Positions 1 through 8,841 of a stretch of 32,000 nucleotides of DNA are shown piece after piece. A model generated the notes under the pieces. That model did no database searches. It was not told the DNA's origin and worked only from the letters and a program-made list of their open reading frames with translations. The position numbers and the translations under genes were made by a program. The stretch is from Staphylothermus hellenicus DSM 12710 (GTDB lineage: Archaea > Thermoproteota > Thermoprotei_A > Sulfolobales > Desulfurococcaceae): assembly GCF_000092465.1 (NCBI RefSeq), contig NC_014205.1, positions 180,001-212,000 on the forward strand, in the 5' to 3' direction. Position 1 is the stretch's first letter; every line of letters starts with the position of its first letter.

Positions 1-1272
1 ATTAAATAGCTTATAGAATTTATCAATACCCCATACAATTGTATGATAGGTGGATGAACAGTATGGCTCTATTGGCTCAGTTGGTAGGTCTGGGTCTTTC
101 CATATTTGTTTTAGTTTTTCTAGTGCTTTCCATAGTTTTTCTTGGTCTTCTTGTGTTGCCGGTGCGAATTCTATTTCTTTACCCCTAGTTTTTACCTTGA
201 CTAGTATTCTGGGTCTTGCAGGTGCTTTTTTGAGTTCTTCTAGGCTTGTTTCTCCGGACAAGTATTTTTCGAGGAGTGTGTTCCATTGTTTTAGAGCATA
301 TTTGGGGTAGAATATGACTTTTTTTCTGAGTGATGAGGGTAGGTTTGATTTTTCGGGATAGTGTTGTCCGGTTTCTGGGTTTATGTATCCTATTTTGTTT
401 TTGCAGTATAGGCATGTTGCTTTCTCTCTTCTCGCATCAATGTTTTTCTCTGGGACTTCGAGCTCTATGGTTTGTTTTCCTCTAGGTATGATTATTTTGT
501 TTGATTTAATCTTATCTTTGTCAAGGAAGGGGATTTTGTATTCTTTATTTATATCTACTACCTCAATATCTACTCTATCGTTTCTTTTCACTGGCTTCAT
601 ATAGGCTATTCTAGTATACTTATTATTTTTCTTCACTCTTGCCAGCCAATAGTTTCCTATTAGTGGTGTATATCTTTTACACCGGGGGCATTGAATCTCC
701 CATGTTCCTATGTATATTGCTGTATCCTCGTCGTATAGTTCTTTTAGATCCTGATCATTTTTTAATTGTTCAATAATCCATTTACCATATTTTTCCACAT
801 CTTTAACTAAATTTTTCCATTTAGGATCGCTAACTGCTTTTAGAGGATATTCTAGGACTGCTTTCAAGAATACGGCTGCTGTTGGTAATAGTTCTACTGC
901 TATTACTTTTCCCACGCCTAGTCTTAGTGCTTCTAGGGGTATTGAGCCGAAGCCAGCGAATGGATCTAGCAGACTTGTTTCTTTAAACAATTTCTTTAAA
1001 CCAGCTAGTTCTCCTTGAAAAACCGGGTTAAACCTGTGCGGTGTTTTCTTGTCTAGTCTTAGAATGTATTGTTTAAATGCTTCTGGATCGATCTTGTCTG
1101 CTGGTATTATTGATCCCGCTATTACTGCTCTTGCTGTTATTAATGGTTTACGTGTCCACCAGAAAACCATTTCCCAGTATGGGGGTCTGCCTGGTCCTTT
1201 TTCAGAGATGGCTTTTTCTGAGATCTCGATGCTTGGAAAGGATGGGGTCTCTATTAGTTTCTTTTCCAGAAT
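1..1272 (-). CDS. DUF1156/COG1743-type DNA methyltransferase with Zn-ribbon, N-terminal ~424 codons. The 3' part runs off the left window edge.
   Basis: The minus-strand frame is open from 1275 down to 1 (checked codon by codon). It is absent from the ORF track because no stop lies inside the window. The translation reads ..KKLIETPSFPSIEISEKAISEKGPGRPPYWEMVFWWTRKPLITARAVIAG.. (DUF1156-like N-terminus), LLDPFAGFGSIPLEALRLG (SAM-binding motif I) and CPRC...CLYC (Zn ribbon). There is no in-frame ATG before ~1170, so the start is uncertain. Confidence 0.75.
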   Translation of the reverse strand, partial: MLEKKLIETPSFPSIEISEKAISEKGPGRPPYWEMVFWWTRKPLITARAVIAGSIIPADKIDPEAFKQYILRLDKKTPHRFNPVFQGELAGLKKLFKETSLLDPFAGFGSIPLEALRLGVGKVIAVELLPTAAVFLKAVLEYPLKAVSDPKWKNLVKDVEKYGKWIIEQLKNDQDLKELYDEDTAIYIGTWEIQCPRCKRYTPLIGNYWLARVKKNNKYTRIAYMKPVKRNDRVDIEVVDINKEYKIPFLDKDKIKSNKIIIPRGKQTIELEVPEKNIDARREKATCLYCKNKIGYINPETGQHYPEKSNLPSSLRKKVIFYPKYALKQWNTLLEKYLSGETSLEELKKAPARPRILVKVKTRGKEIEFAPATQEDQEKLWKALEKLKQIWKDPDLPTEPIEPYCSSTYHTIVWGIDKFYKLFN

Positions 1273-1364
1273 ACCTCACCTATTACAGTGTTTTCTTTCT
1301 ATAATTTTTATATTCTGCCTTATAGGTAAATACTTTTCTCGGAAAACCCTATTAGGGCTTTATT

Positions 1365-2423
1365 GTGTTCTTTGGTGATCCTGTTTTGGATCCGTGGAAA
1401 AATATGCCTGTTCACAGAATATTTTCGTTTGTAGAGCATGGTTTATTGCCTGGTATTGTTGACGAGTTTTTCGTTCTAGCTGAGGAGATTGGTTGTAGCC
1501 TAATAGTTGATCCCTTTATTGGTGGAGGAGTTGTTACTGCTGAAAGTATTCGTAGAGGCTTCAAAAGAGAAGATATTGGCTAGATTCCTAGAAATACTTT
1601 AGGAAACAACTAAGCCATATATTCCTACACTGAGAGGCTGAAAAAAATATTATGTTCCAGAACACTTGGAAAAATAGGATTGATTAGGGCAGTAGTTGAG
1701 AATATAAAAGGTGATCTCAAATCATTACTGCTAACGGTGCTTGGGAGAATAGCTGATGAATATTCCCTTCTCAAAAGAACCCCTGCTCCAAGATTTAAGG
1801 GGGAGCCTCCTAGAAGTGATCCTGTAGAAAAATATGTTGAGATACTAGAAGAAGCTCTAAATGATCTAACCAAGGCTGAACCCAGGGGTTCAGCTATATT
1901 ATTACTAGCTGATTCTACCGAATGGCTTCCCGAACACATATGTGGATTACTAACCAGCCCCCCATTCGCAAACAATATTGACTATATAAGGCATACACAG
2001 CTACAACTGCTTTGGAGTGGTTTAGCACTTAATAGTGAAGACCTAGGTTATTGGAGAAACCTACAACTACCAGGATGCGAAGCAGCCTCTAGGGCATGGA
2101 AGAAGATTAATAATGATACAGCAGTTAATGAATTAATCAATAATATGACTCCAAAATATAGGAAAAGATATGGTCGCTTCCTCAAACAATACTTCTACTA
2201 TATGCAGAAACACATAAACCTATTAGCAGAGAAACTAGAAGGAACTGCATGGTATACTATTGGAGACAGCTACTTAGGAGGAGTATATGTTCCAACACAC
2301 TTATTCCTCCAAAGATATGCTGAGAAAAACGGGTTAAAGACTAGGATAAGGAGGATCAAGGATAGGCATTCAAGAAGTAAAAAGCTAGGATTATATTTAT
2401 TAGAAATAATGAATAAGCGATGA
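1365..2423 (+). pseudogene. N6-adenine/N4-cytosine DNA methyltransferase interrupted by two in-frame stop codons
   Basis: ORFs 1365-1583 and 1680-2423 are in the same frame. They are separated by TAG (1581-1583) and TAA (1611-1613). Motif I, IVDPFIGGGVVTAE, lies in the first part. Motif IV, LLTSPPFANNIDY, lies in the second part. Confidence 0.65.
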
Positions 2424-2445
2424 AAATATGTGAGGAAGTATTAGG

Positions 2446-4053
2446 TTAAACTATTCTGAAAGACTTACTTATAACATTGCCATTCTCTTTAAGCAACTCA
2501 ATGCCCTCTATTGTTTTCTCAATAGACTCGCCTGCAATTCTATACTGATAAATATATTTGCCCTTAATCTTAGCATGGTGTGCTGAACGCTTGAGCTTGT
2601 CTGTATTTCCTATTATTATCATTAATAATCTATGCCTGCTTAACTGCACGTTTAAAACTTGGTGTTCATTAAAATACATTGTTTCAGGCCTGATAGTGGC
2701 AAATGAATAATATGAGAAATCGTTCCGGGCCAACCATTCCTTACCAAGCATAGTCACTATAACATCGTCTTCACCTCCAATTATTGATTGGACAGTTGCA
2801 TATCTGAGATGATCAGTATCTATACCAGCTTCTACTAGTTTTTTCTTCAAATAATATCCCGTACTATAAGCTAGATCACTATATGGAGCTGTTAAGCTTA
2901 CTCCAAAAGCAGGCCTACCACCACGTAGCATTATAGATATTATTGAGAGATAAAGACCCGTTAAATAGCCTAGATATGCTCTGCTTCTATGATAAGTATC
3001 TCCAGACGGGAATTTTCTCGTTTTAAAAACAATTAATGGTATACCATTTGTTAATGCCTTATCAATTGCTTCAACAACGAGTTTAACACTGGATTTTGAA
3101 AGATCCAGTATTTTTCCCATTATTGTTTTAGATTTATTTAGAACATCCTCTAAGCCGCCGGCCAATAATTTATTGTATCTTACTTTAAAATGTTCTTTTG
3201 CTTTGAGTTTTCCTTCATAAAAACCTCTGCTTATCGGTGTTTCAGTAGGCCCTGGTAATCTAAAGGTGGTGTCGAGAAACTTATAGTATTCTTCTAAATT
3301 ACGTCTTTCAAGTATTCTTTTAATATAATCCATTAATAATGGTATACGGAATGTTTTAAATTCTGTTGAAATAGAGATTGCTTGTTGAGGATCTCCAAGA
3401 ACAATCATTGATTTGGGATATGCTTCCTCAGGATTCCTAATAATGCTTCTAGCTATTGGTAGGAAAACTCTGAAGAAGGGGGTTTTGCTAGCTTCGTCTA
3501 CAATAAATCTTATTTCATCAGGCTTTTCAACTAGTTTCGGAGATATTCTCTGATACTCTGTTGCGAATACGAATCTAACATTTCTAGGATCAATACTTTT
3601 CATTAGCTTTTTGATCTTGTCACATGGTAGAATTTTATTATCTATCGATATACCCATAGATCCCTTTCTGCATGGTTCAATTTTTGATCCATAAACACGT
3701 ATTAGATCAAGTATTACATTAACATCGTAGCCCTTATAAAACAGGTTCGCAACAAATCTTGTAAAAGCTTCGATAACAAGATGATTTGTTGGAGCAATGT
3801 ATAGATAAAGAATTTTCCCCTTATAACCTAGAATTTCATCTAGTATTCCTCTAGTGCCTAAATCGAAAACACTAGTCTTACCTGTTCCCGGGGGACCTTG
3901 AACAGCGCCTAATCCTATGTAGCCCTTAGCTACTTTCTCGAATAACTTGATTGCTTCAATCTGAGATCCTTCAGCATATCTCTCTATACAGCTCCTATTA
4001 TGTGAGCACTCATAAGCCTTACGAAGTGAATCAGATAAATAATACATTACCAT
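2446..4053 (-). CDS. Superfamily 1B (Upf1/Dna2-like, AAA_11/AAA_12-type) helicase
   Basis: 535 aa. Motifs: I GPPGTGKT, Ia APTNHLV, II IVDEASK, III LGDPQQ, V TVQSIIGGEDDVIV, VI LNVQLSRHRLLMIIIGN. The start overlaps the stop of the upstream nuclease gene by 7 nt. Confidence 0.8.
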   Translation of the reverse strand: MVMYYLSDSLRKAYECSHNRSCIERYAEGSQIEAIKLFEKVAKGYIGLGAVQGPPGTGKTSVFDLGTRGILDEILGYKGKILYLYIAPTNHLVIEAFTRFVANLFYKGYDVNVILDLIRVYGSKIEPCRKGSMGISIDNKILPCDKIKKLMKSIDPRNVRFVFATEYQRISPKLVEKPDEIRFIVDEASKTPFFRVFLPIARSIIRNPEEAYPKSMIVLGDPQQAISISTEFKTFRIPLLMDYIKRILERRNLEEYYKFLDTTFRLPGPTETPISRGFYEGKLKAKEHFKVRYNKLLAGGLEDVLNKSKTIMGKILDLSKSSVKLVVEAIDKALTNGIPLIVFKTRKFPSGDTYHRSRAYLGYLTGLYLSIISIMLRGGRPAFGVSLTAPYSDLAYSTGYYLKKKLVEAGIDTDHLRYATVQSIIGGEDDVIVTMLGKEWLARNDFSYYSFATIRPETMYFNEHQVLNVQLSRHRLLMIIIGNTDKLKRSAHHAKIKGKYIYQYRIAGESIEKTIEGIELLKENGNVISKSFRIV

Positions 4054-5840
4054 GACTCATTCTCCCCTTTTAATAAGCCTTCAGTAAACAAGACACTGAA
4101 CATTGCTTCTTTGTATTCTTTACGAATCTTTTTCGTAGTTTTAGCTAGTATCTTGAGTTTATCGTTTCTTTTAGCGATTCCGCGGCTGCCGCGGTGGAAT
4201 GCGTCGATTGCTTGTAGTTCTAGCTGGGTTAGATCAACGTTTATCTCGACCCCTATTATTTTCTCGAGATACTGGAGATTATGGGATACAGTTCTTCTCA
4301 GTATTTCAAGTTGCAGTCTTGATGGAATATTTGGGGCTGCGACGTGAACATATATTTTATCGCCTTTCCTTGAAGGCTTTATCTCTATTTCTTCGACTCT
4401 ACCATGGAAACTTAGCCTTAGAAGAGGATTATTCACGTATGGATCATTAAATATTATTAGAACAGGTTTTCCCTCTCTCAACGTTTTAAGCTTGATTGGT
4501 TCTATGGATTGCTCATATTCTCTAACTTGTCTCTCCAAGATTATTTCGTAGGATTCACTTAATGATGCTTTTTCAAAGTAATCTATGCGGTTCCCGCTTT
4601 CGCCTAGTGTATTTTCCCGCCTAACTATTGCTTCGATGAGTTTTTCTATATTATTATTGTTTGCAATGTATAGATTGTATAGTTCTTTTATGGGTTTCTG
4701 AGCATTCTCCCTAATCTTATATACAGCATGTCTAGCTCTATAGGCTAGTCTATCTAGAAGTGTCCAGTCTTTATATGTTTTCGTATAGAATTCACATGCT
4801 TCTCTATACATACATATTCTGCAGGGATACTTGTTTCCATATTTAACGGGATTACTTCGTGGCAGGTCTTTTGGCGCTCTGCGAAAAGCAGATATTTTCT
4901 GTCCATGTAATCCTTTTATGCTGCAGATTTTAGCAGTATTATTATCTACATAATCTTTATACTCTGTTATTGTTAAAACTAAGTGTTCTGCAGATAATAG
5001 TATGTTTCTAATTAGTTCATATTTATTAATGGTTTTACCAGCTGTTCTATAGGTATCAGCTATGCTGTATACCTTAATGTTTCCAGTGGGTCTTATCACT
5101 ATTGGGACAACGTCTTCTCTATCTCTAACAGCTCCAACAGGATCATCGTATCCAAGTCTTTCAGCCTCCATTAAAGCATAGGTATAAGCTTGTGCGATCT
5201 CCCAGTTTTCCGGGGTTCTCCCTGTTTTCCACTCAATGACTAGAGCTTTTCTAGAAATGGGATCTTCTATGACTGCATCAATTATTCCTACAATATGAAA
5301 CCTATAACTATACATAAATAGCTCTGTAAATAATCTAAGGCTCCCCTCATTCAACCCCATTTTATTTATGAATATAGGCATTACTCTAGATAAGCTATTG
5401 ATCATGTTAACAGCGTACATAATAGATTCATTAACTAATTTACTTCCCGACTCCTCAACAGCCTCCTTATTCAATATTCCAGCTTCTACTAAATCATTAT
5501 ATGCATTCCTAACATATGATTCAATAGTTGAATATGGTAGCCTCCCCTTAACGAAATCAACTCTATTCAGACCATAGAATATCTGCGGTAAAGCTACAGC
5601 TAGTAATTGATGAGTTAATCTCCCCCTCCCAGGTATTATGGATACAAAATCAGTTACTGCACCAATAGCCTCAGCTAAACGAGCCGCATAAATACAGAAA
5701 GCAGCGCCTCGAGCAACATTACTAGCTCTAACCAGATGAGATGTACCCGATAAAATCTTTTGCACTCCAATACCACAAAGTTCTTGACCAGTTAAATCAA
5801 CAATATATTTTTCAATAACCAAAACACTCCTACCCTTCAA
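4047..5840 (-). CDS. Cas4/RecB-family PD-(D/E)xK nuclease with Fe-S cysteine set and a ~250-aa C-terminal extension of unknown function
   Basis: 597 aa with a TTG start. It has an N-terminal Cys (TGQELCGIG), the catalytic GIIDAV..LVIEWKTGR, QxxxY (IAQAYTYAL) and CX2CX5C (CRICMYREAC). Residues ~350-597 carry no motif I can name. Confidence 0.75.
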   Translation of the reverse strand: MKGRSVLVIEKYIVDLTGQELCGIGVQKILSGTSHLVRASNVARGAAFCIYAARLAEAIGAVTDFVSIIPGRGRLTHQLLAVALPQIFYGLNRVDFVKGRLPYSTIESYVRNAYNDLVEAGILNKEAVEESGSKLVNESIMYAVNMINSLSRVMPIFINKMGLNEGSLRLFTELFMYSYRFHIVGIIDAVIEDPISRKALVIEWKTGRTPENWEIAQAYTYALMEAERLGYDDPVGAVRDREDVVPIVIRPTGNIKVYSIADTYRTAGKTINKYELIRNILLSAEHLVLTITEYKDYVDNNTAKICSIKGLHGQKISAFRRAPKDLPRSNPVKYGNKYPCRICMYREACEFYTKTYKDWTLLDRLAYRARHAVYKIRENAQKPIKELYNLYIANNNNIEKLIEAIVRRENTLGESGNRIDYFEKASLSESYEIILERQVREYEQSIEPIKLKTLREGKPVLIIFNDPYVNNPLLRLSFHGRVEEIEIKPSRKGDKIYVHVAAPNIPSRLQLEILRRTVSHNLQYLEKIIGVEINVDLTQLELQAIDAFHRGSRGIAKRNDKLKILAKTTKKIRKEYKEAMFSVLFTEGLLKGENESW

Positions 5841-6052
5841 CTCCTACAAATATTTTCACTGTAAAAAAACACTTATAAAAATGTATAAGCAAATGATAAA
5901 CCATAGAAATGTTAAAATTAAATCATATAAATATTAATTCATTAAACCTATGCTAATTCTTAAGCATTTAACTATGTTAATTCTACTTTTTATATTTAGA
6001 ATTATAATTATTGATATGATTTAAACGCATATATTTATGTGGAGGAAGAAAT

Positions 6053-6649
6053 TTGTTAGAAATTTCCGATATTATCCTAACTGGCATACTAGAAGGGTTA
6101 AGGCGAAAGCCTGTTCTCATAGTTCATTTTCTATTTGCAACTATTCTAGCAATGATCCTAGAAATTTTTGTAAGAACTATTATTAATTATTTTCACATTT
6201 CAGCGTTAAATTATTCCGAAGCTATTTTGGTTAGCATATTTGTGATATTAATACTTACATTAAATAAGTACATTTCCTTATGGAACAAAATATGGGACTC
6301 ACTATACGAAAACCTCTACGAAAAATCACCTGAAGAATCAGCACTTAAACAATTAGAAAATGTTTTTAAGGATCCTCAGGGATTTCTGCGAGAAATAATG
6401 GATAAAACTATCTATGACTTCTTAGATAAAGAAAGCATACTGGAGAAGGTATGGCCAATAGCTTCTAAGCTTCTGTTATTCTATTACTTAGCTTGGATAT
6501 CAGGTATCTATCTTGTAGATTTGTCTATCTACCTATCTACAAATTATCAGCTTACAGTATTGGGCTTGCTAATGGAAAAACCAATCGTTTATTTTACATT
6601 AATTAATATTTCTCATCGTAATTCTAAGTTTATTCATAAAGCCCTTTGA
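6053..6649 (+). CDS. Hypothetical integral membrane protein (about 4 hydrophobic segments)
   Basis: 198-aa ORF with long hydrophobic runs (VLIVHFLFATILAMILEIF, AILVSIFVILILTL, LLLFYYLAWISGIYLV). It diverges from the nuclease-helicase operon across a 212-bp AT-rich spacer. No recognisable family. Confidence 0.5.
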   Translation: MLEISDIILTGILEGLRRKPVLIVHFLFATILAMILEIFVRTIINYFHISALNYSEAILVSIFVILILTLNKYISLWNKIWDSLYENLYEKSPEESALKQLENVFKDPQGFLREIMDKTIYDFLDKESILEKVWPIASKLLLFYYLAWISGIYLVDLSIYLSTNYQLTVLGLLMEKPIVYFTLINISHRNSKFIHKAL

Positions 6650-6689
6650 AAATAATCAACAAAATGAAACCTACACATCAAAGTCAAAC

Positions 6690-7307
6690 GTGATTGATTT
6701 ACAATATTTAAGAATTCTATTTGAAAAATTTGTTTCGCCAGAAAAATATCTCGTAAAGAAAATTAGGATGAGTAAGGGGAGAAACAAAAGCTTAAACACT
6801 TTAATGAAAATATTCCTTAACGCACCACCGATACAAAACATATTTCTAAATATTGTATCGCTTCCCTCCCACATAAATTTTGATAGGTTATTTACTGTTG
6901 ACTTCTTCCAGTTGCCCAACAATGATAGATATGAGAACATAATTAATGAGATCATTAGGGATGGTCCTCTAATAGGATACTGGCTGGAGCCTATTAATAA
7001 TAATAATGTTAATCTCAAAAAATCAGGTAAAAAGAGAGTATTAAAAAAAGTGTATCCTCCTATACTTAGTAATTTACTTAGTGATTCCTGCTGGTATAGA
7101 GTTATTGAAGAATCTAGCGGAGATAAAGAATCTGAAAAACTTATAGGTTATGCCATGATCTCAGTAATTGCCATTGATAAAACAGTAAGATATAAATCTA
7201 AGAAAACTAGGAATACGTGGAAGCCCGAAACAATTCGTGGAGAAGCTATTTTCATATTATTACTAGGAAGCGAGAAGCTATTGGAACTTAAACTAGCTTT
7301 AATATAA
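6690..7307 (+). CDS. Hypothetical protein
   Basis: 205-aa ORF with a GTG start, 40 nt after the preceding gene. It is longer than the competing antisense ORF 6671-7018. No motifs recognised. Confidence 0.4.
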   Translation: MIDLQYLRILFEKFVSPEKYLVKKIRMSKGRNKSLNTLMKIFLNAPPIQNIFLNIVSLPSHINFDRLFTVDFFQLPNNDRYENIINEIIRDGPLIGYWLEPINNNNVNLKKSGKKRVLKKVYPPILSNLLSDSCWYRVIEESSGDKESEKLIGYAMISVIAIDKTVRYKSKKTRNTWKPETIRGEAIFILLLGSEKLLELKLALI

Positions 7308-7335
7308 GAATTTTCCAAGGCTATTATGTATCGTT

Positions 7336-7566
7336 TCACTTTCTAGGTTTTACTCTTATAGTGAATTCTGATTTCTTACCTTTCGGGCTTATGCCGTAGT
7401 AGTAGTTGAATATTCCATGGCATTTTGGGCATTCAAGTCTTTTAACAGTATAGAATCTAAACTTCCATGGATCTCTGAGAAGCTTGAACTCAGAAATATC
7501 TCCTTCATAGCCACAATAAGGGCACCTAACCATGTAATCCCACCTTTTTCTGCGGTAGATTTTCAA
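7336..7566 (-). CDS. Small Zn-ribbon protein
   Basis: 76-aa ORF with CPYCGY...CPKCHG (two CxxC pairs). The real start may be the internal Met at 7533 (MVRCPYCGY). Confidence 0.5.
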   Translation of the reverse strand: MKIYRRKRWDYMVRCPYCGYEGDISEFKLLRDPWKFRFYTVKRLECPKCHGIFNYYYGISPKGKKSEFTIRVKPRK

Positions 7567-8010
7567 AAACTTCTACTCTATAATATAGGATTAAATTTAT
7601 GTAATATAAATATAAGCATGTTACATACTGCATAATTAGGATCTCTAAATATTATCCATGCTTTTCAATATTAGCCTGTTCTTAATTAATGATAATACGT
7701 GGCCTTGTTCGATAAATAATAATATAATATATGTATATGGTGTAGATTAGGAGCCGCGTGTTTGAATCGTTCTCTAATCCTCCTCATGGCTGATTTCTTT
7801 TATCGAGAAATTCTGGGTGTTTTGAATTATATGAGACTTAACAATAAATGTTTACTAGGTAAGGGATTTAATTGTCTATGAGATCATTAAAACTAGTTAA
7901 TTAAAGTAAAGGTTTTAAGATTTGTTTACTGCTAATTATTTATAGAGAATAGGGTGGTTTAGAGAAACATTTTATATATGGAATAATGTTCATAGGAGGT
8001 GTTTTTCTCC

Positions 8011-8541
8011 ATGGATAGGAGAGATGTTTTATTGAATATTATCATGTATTTTAACAAGATCTATAAAAAGCCTCTTGATGGTAGGAAGAAGCTGCAGAAG
8101 CTTTTATTCCTAGTTGAGCATCTAGATATTGAATCCGGTAAACTATCTAGATCAAGGGGTTTGACTGGTTATAAATTCATTGTTTACAGCTATGGTCCTT
8201 TCTCCAAAGATGTATACAGAGATCTCGAAAGCCTTGTTAAGGAGGGGATTGTGGAGGAGAGGATGGAGACTTGGAGACAGGAATCATTACTGTACACTTA
8301 CATCGATGACGGGAAGCCTCGGAGAATATATTATTATAGAATATTAGATGAGAATAGAGTTCCGAAACTACCCCGCGAAGTAGAGGATAAAATTAAATTA
8401 GTGATTGAAAAATATGGTTCGCTCCCACCTATGAAATTAGAATCACATGTTAATGAACTCCTAAAGCTTACTCCGAAGAAAAAAGTGGAATACTGGGGCG
8501 AATTCATCGATGATTACTTAGAGGAAGAAGGATTTGAATAG
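8011..8541 (+). CDS. Panacea/DUF4065 (SocA/GepA-like, COG3600) domain protein, putative antitoxin
   Basis: RKKLQKLLFLVEHL ... YSYGPFSKDVYRDL matches the remembered DUF4065 signature (KLQKLLY...GPV..vY). The ATG at 8011 is preceded by GGAGGTG. The track start at 7999 is a GTG. Confidence 0.65.
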   Translation: MDRRDVLLNIIMYFNKIYKKPLDGRKKLQKLLFLVEHLDIESGKLSRSRGLTGYKFIVYSYGPFSKDVYRDLESLVKEGIVEERMETWRQESLLYTYIDDGKPRRIYYYRILDENRVPKLPREVEDKIKLVIEKYGSLPPMKLESHVNELLKLTPKKKVEYWGEFIDDYLEEEGFE

Positions 8542-8841
8542 AATAGTTGCAACAAAGAGAAAGCCTATCAATGTATCGGAGAACCTTGCATTAAGACCAG
8601 CAACACAGAATCCAAAAATAATCGGAAAAATATACAAACAGCTGACTTCTTTAAATAATCAAAAAATGAATTCTTTCCTATATATTTCAAGTATAGATTT
8701 TTTTTTAGCGCTCCTAATGTATTAAAGCATGAAGTTAATAAACATGTAAAATCACTAAAGGGGGGATTAAACATTAATTCTAGGACGATTCGAAAATTGA
8801 CATCGGCTACTGGTTTATTTTCGCTCAATATTGCATACATT

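Noticed and set aside
50-1378. Plus-strand ORFs from the track (50-310, 383-604, 1049-1378, 1077-1304) and minus-strand ORF 185-415
   Set aside because: They lie antisense to, or out of frame with, the long motif-bearing minus-strand DUF1156 methyltransferase frame. Their products are low-complexity, Ser/Phe/Leu-rich peptides with no motifs.
4047-5840. Interpreting the Cas4-like nuclease as the adaptation-module cas4 of the nearby CRISPR arrays
   Set aside because: No cas1, cas2 or csa1 is adjacent. It is coupled to an SF1B helicase instead, carries a large extra C-terminal region, and lies ~4 kb and several unrelated genes away from the nearest repeat.
6671-7018. 115-aa minus-strand ORF overlapping 6690-7307
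   Set aside because: It is shorter than the plus-strand alternative, which continues the direction and spacing of the upstream gene. Both are weak calls, so only one was kept.
8568-8840. 90-aa minus-strand ORF in the gap after the Panacea gene, as a possible toxin
   Set aside because: It is convergent with the putative antitoxin, which is not a TA-like arrangement. It has no motifs and AT-rich, codon-poor composition.
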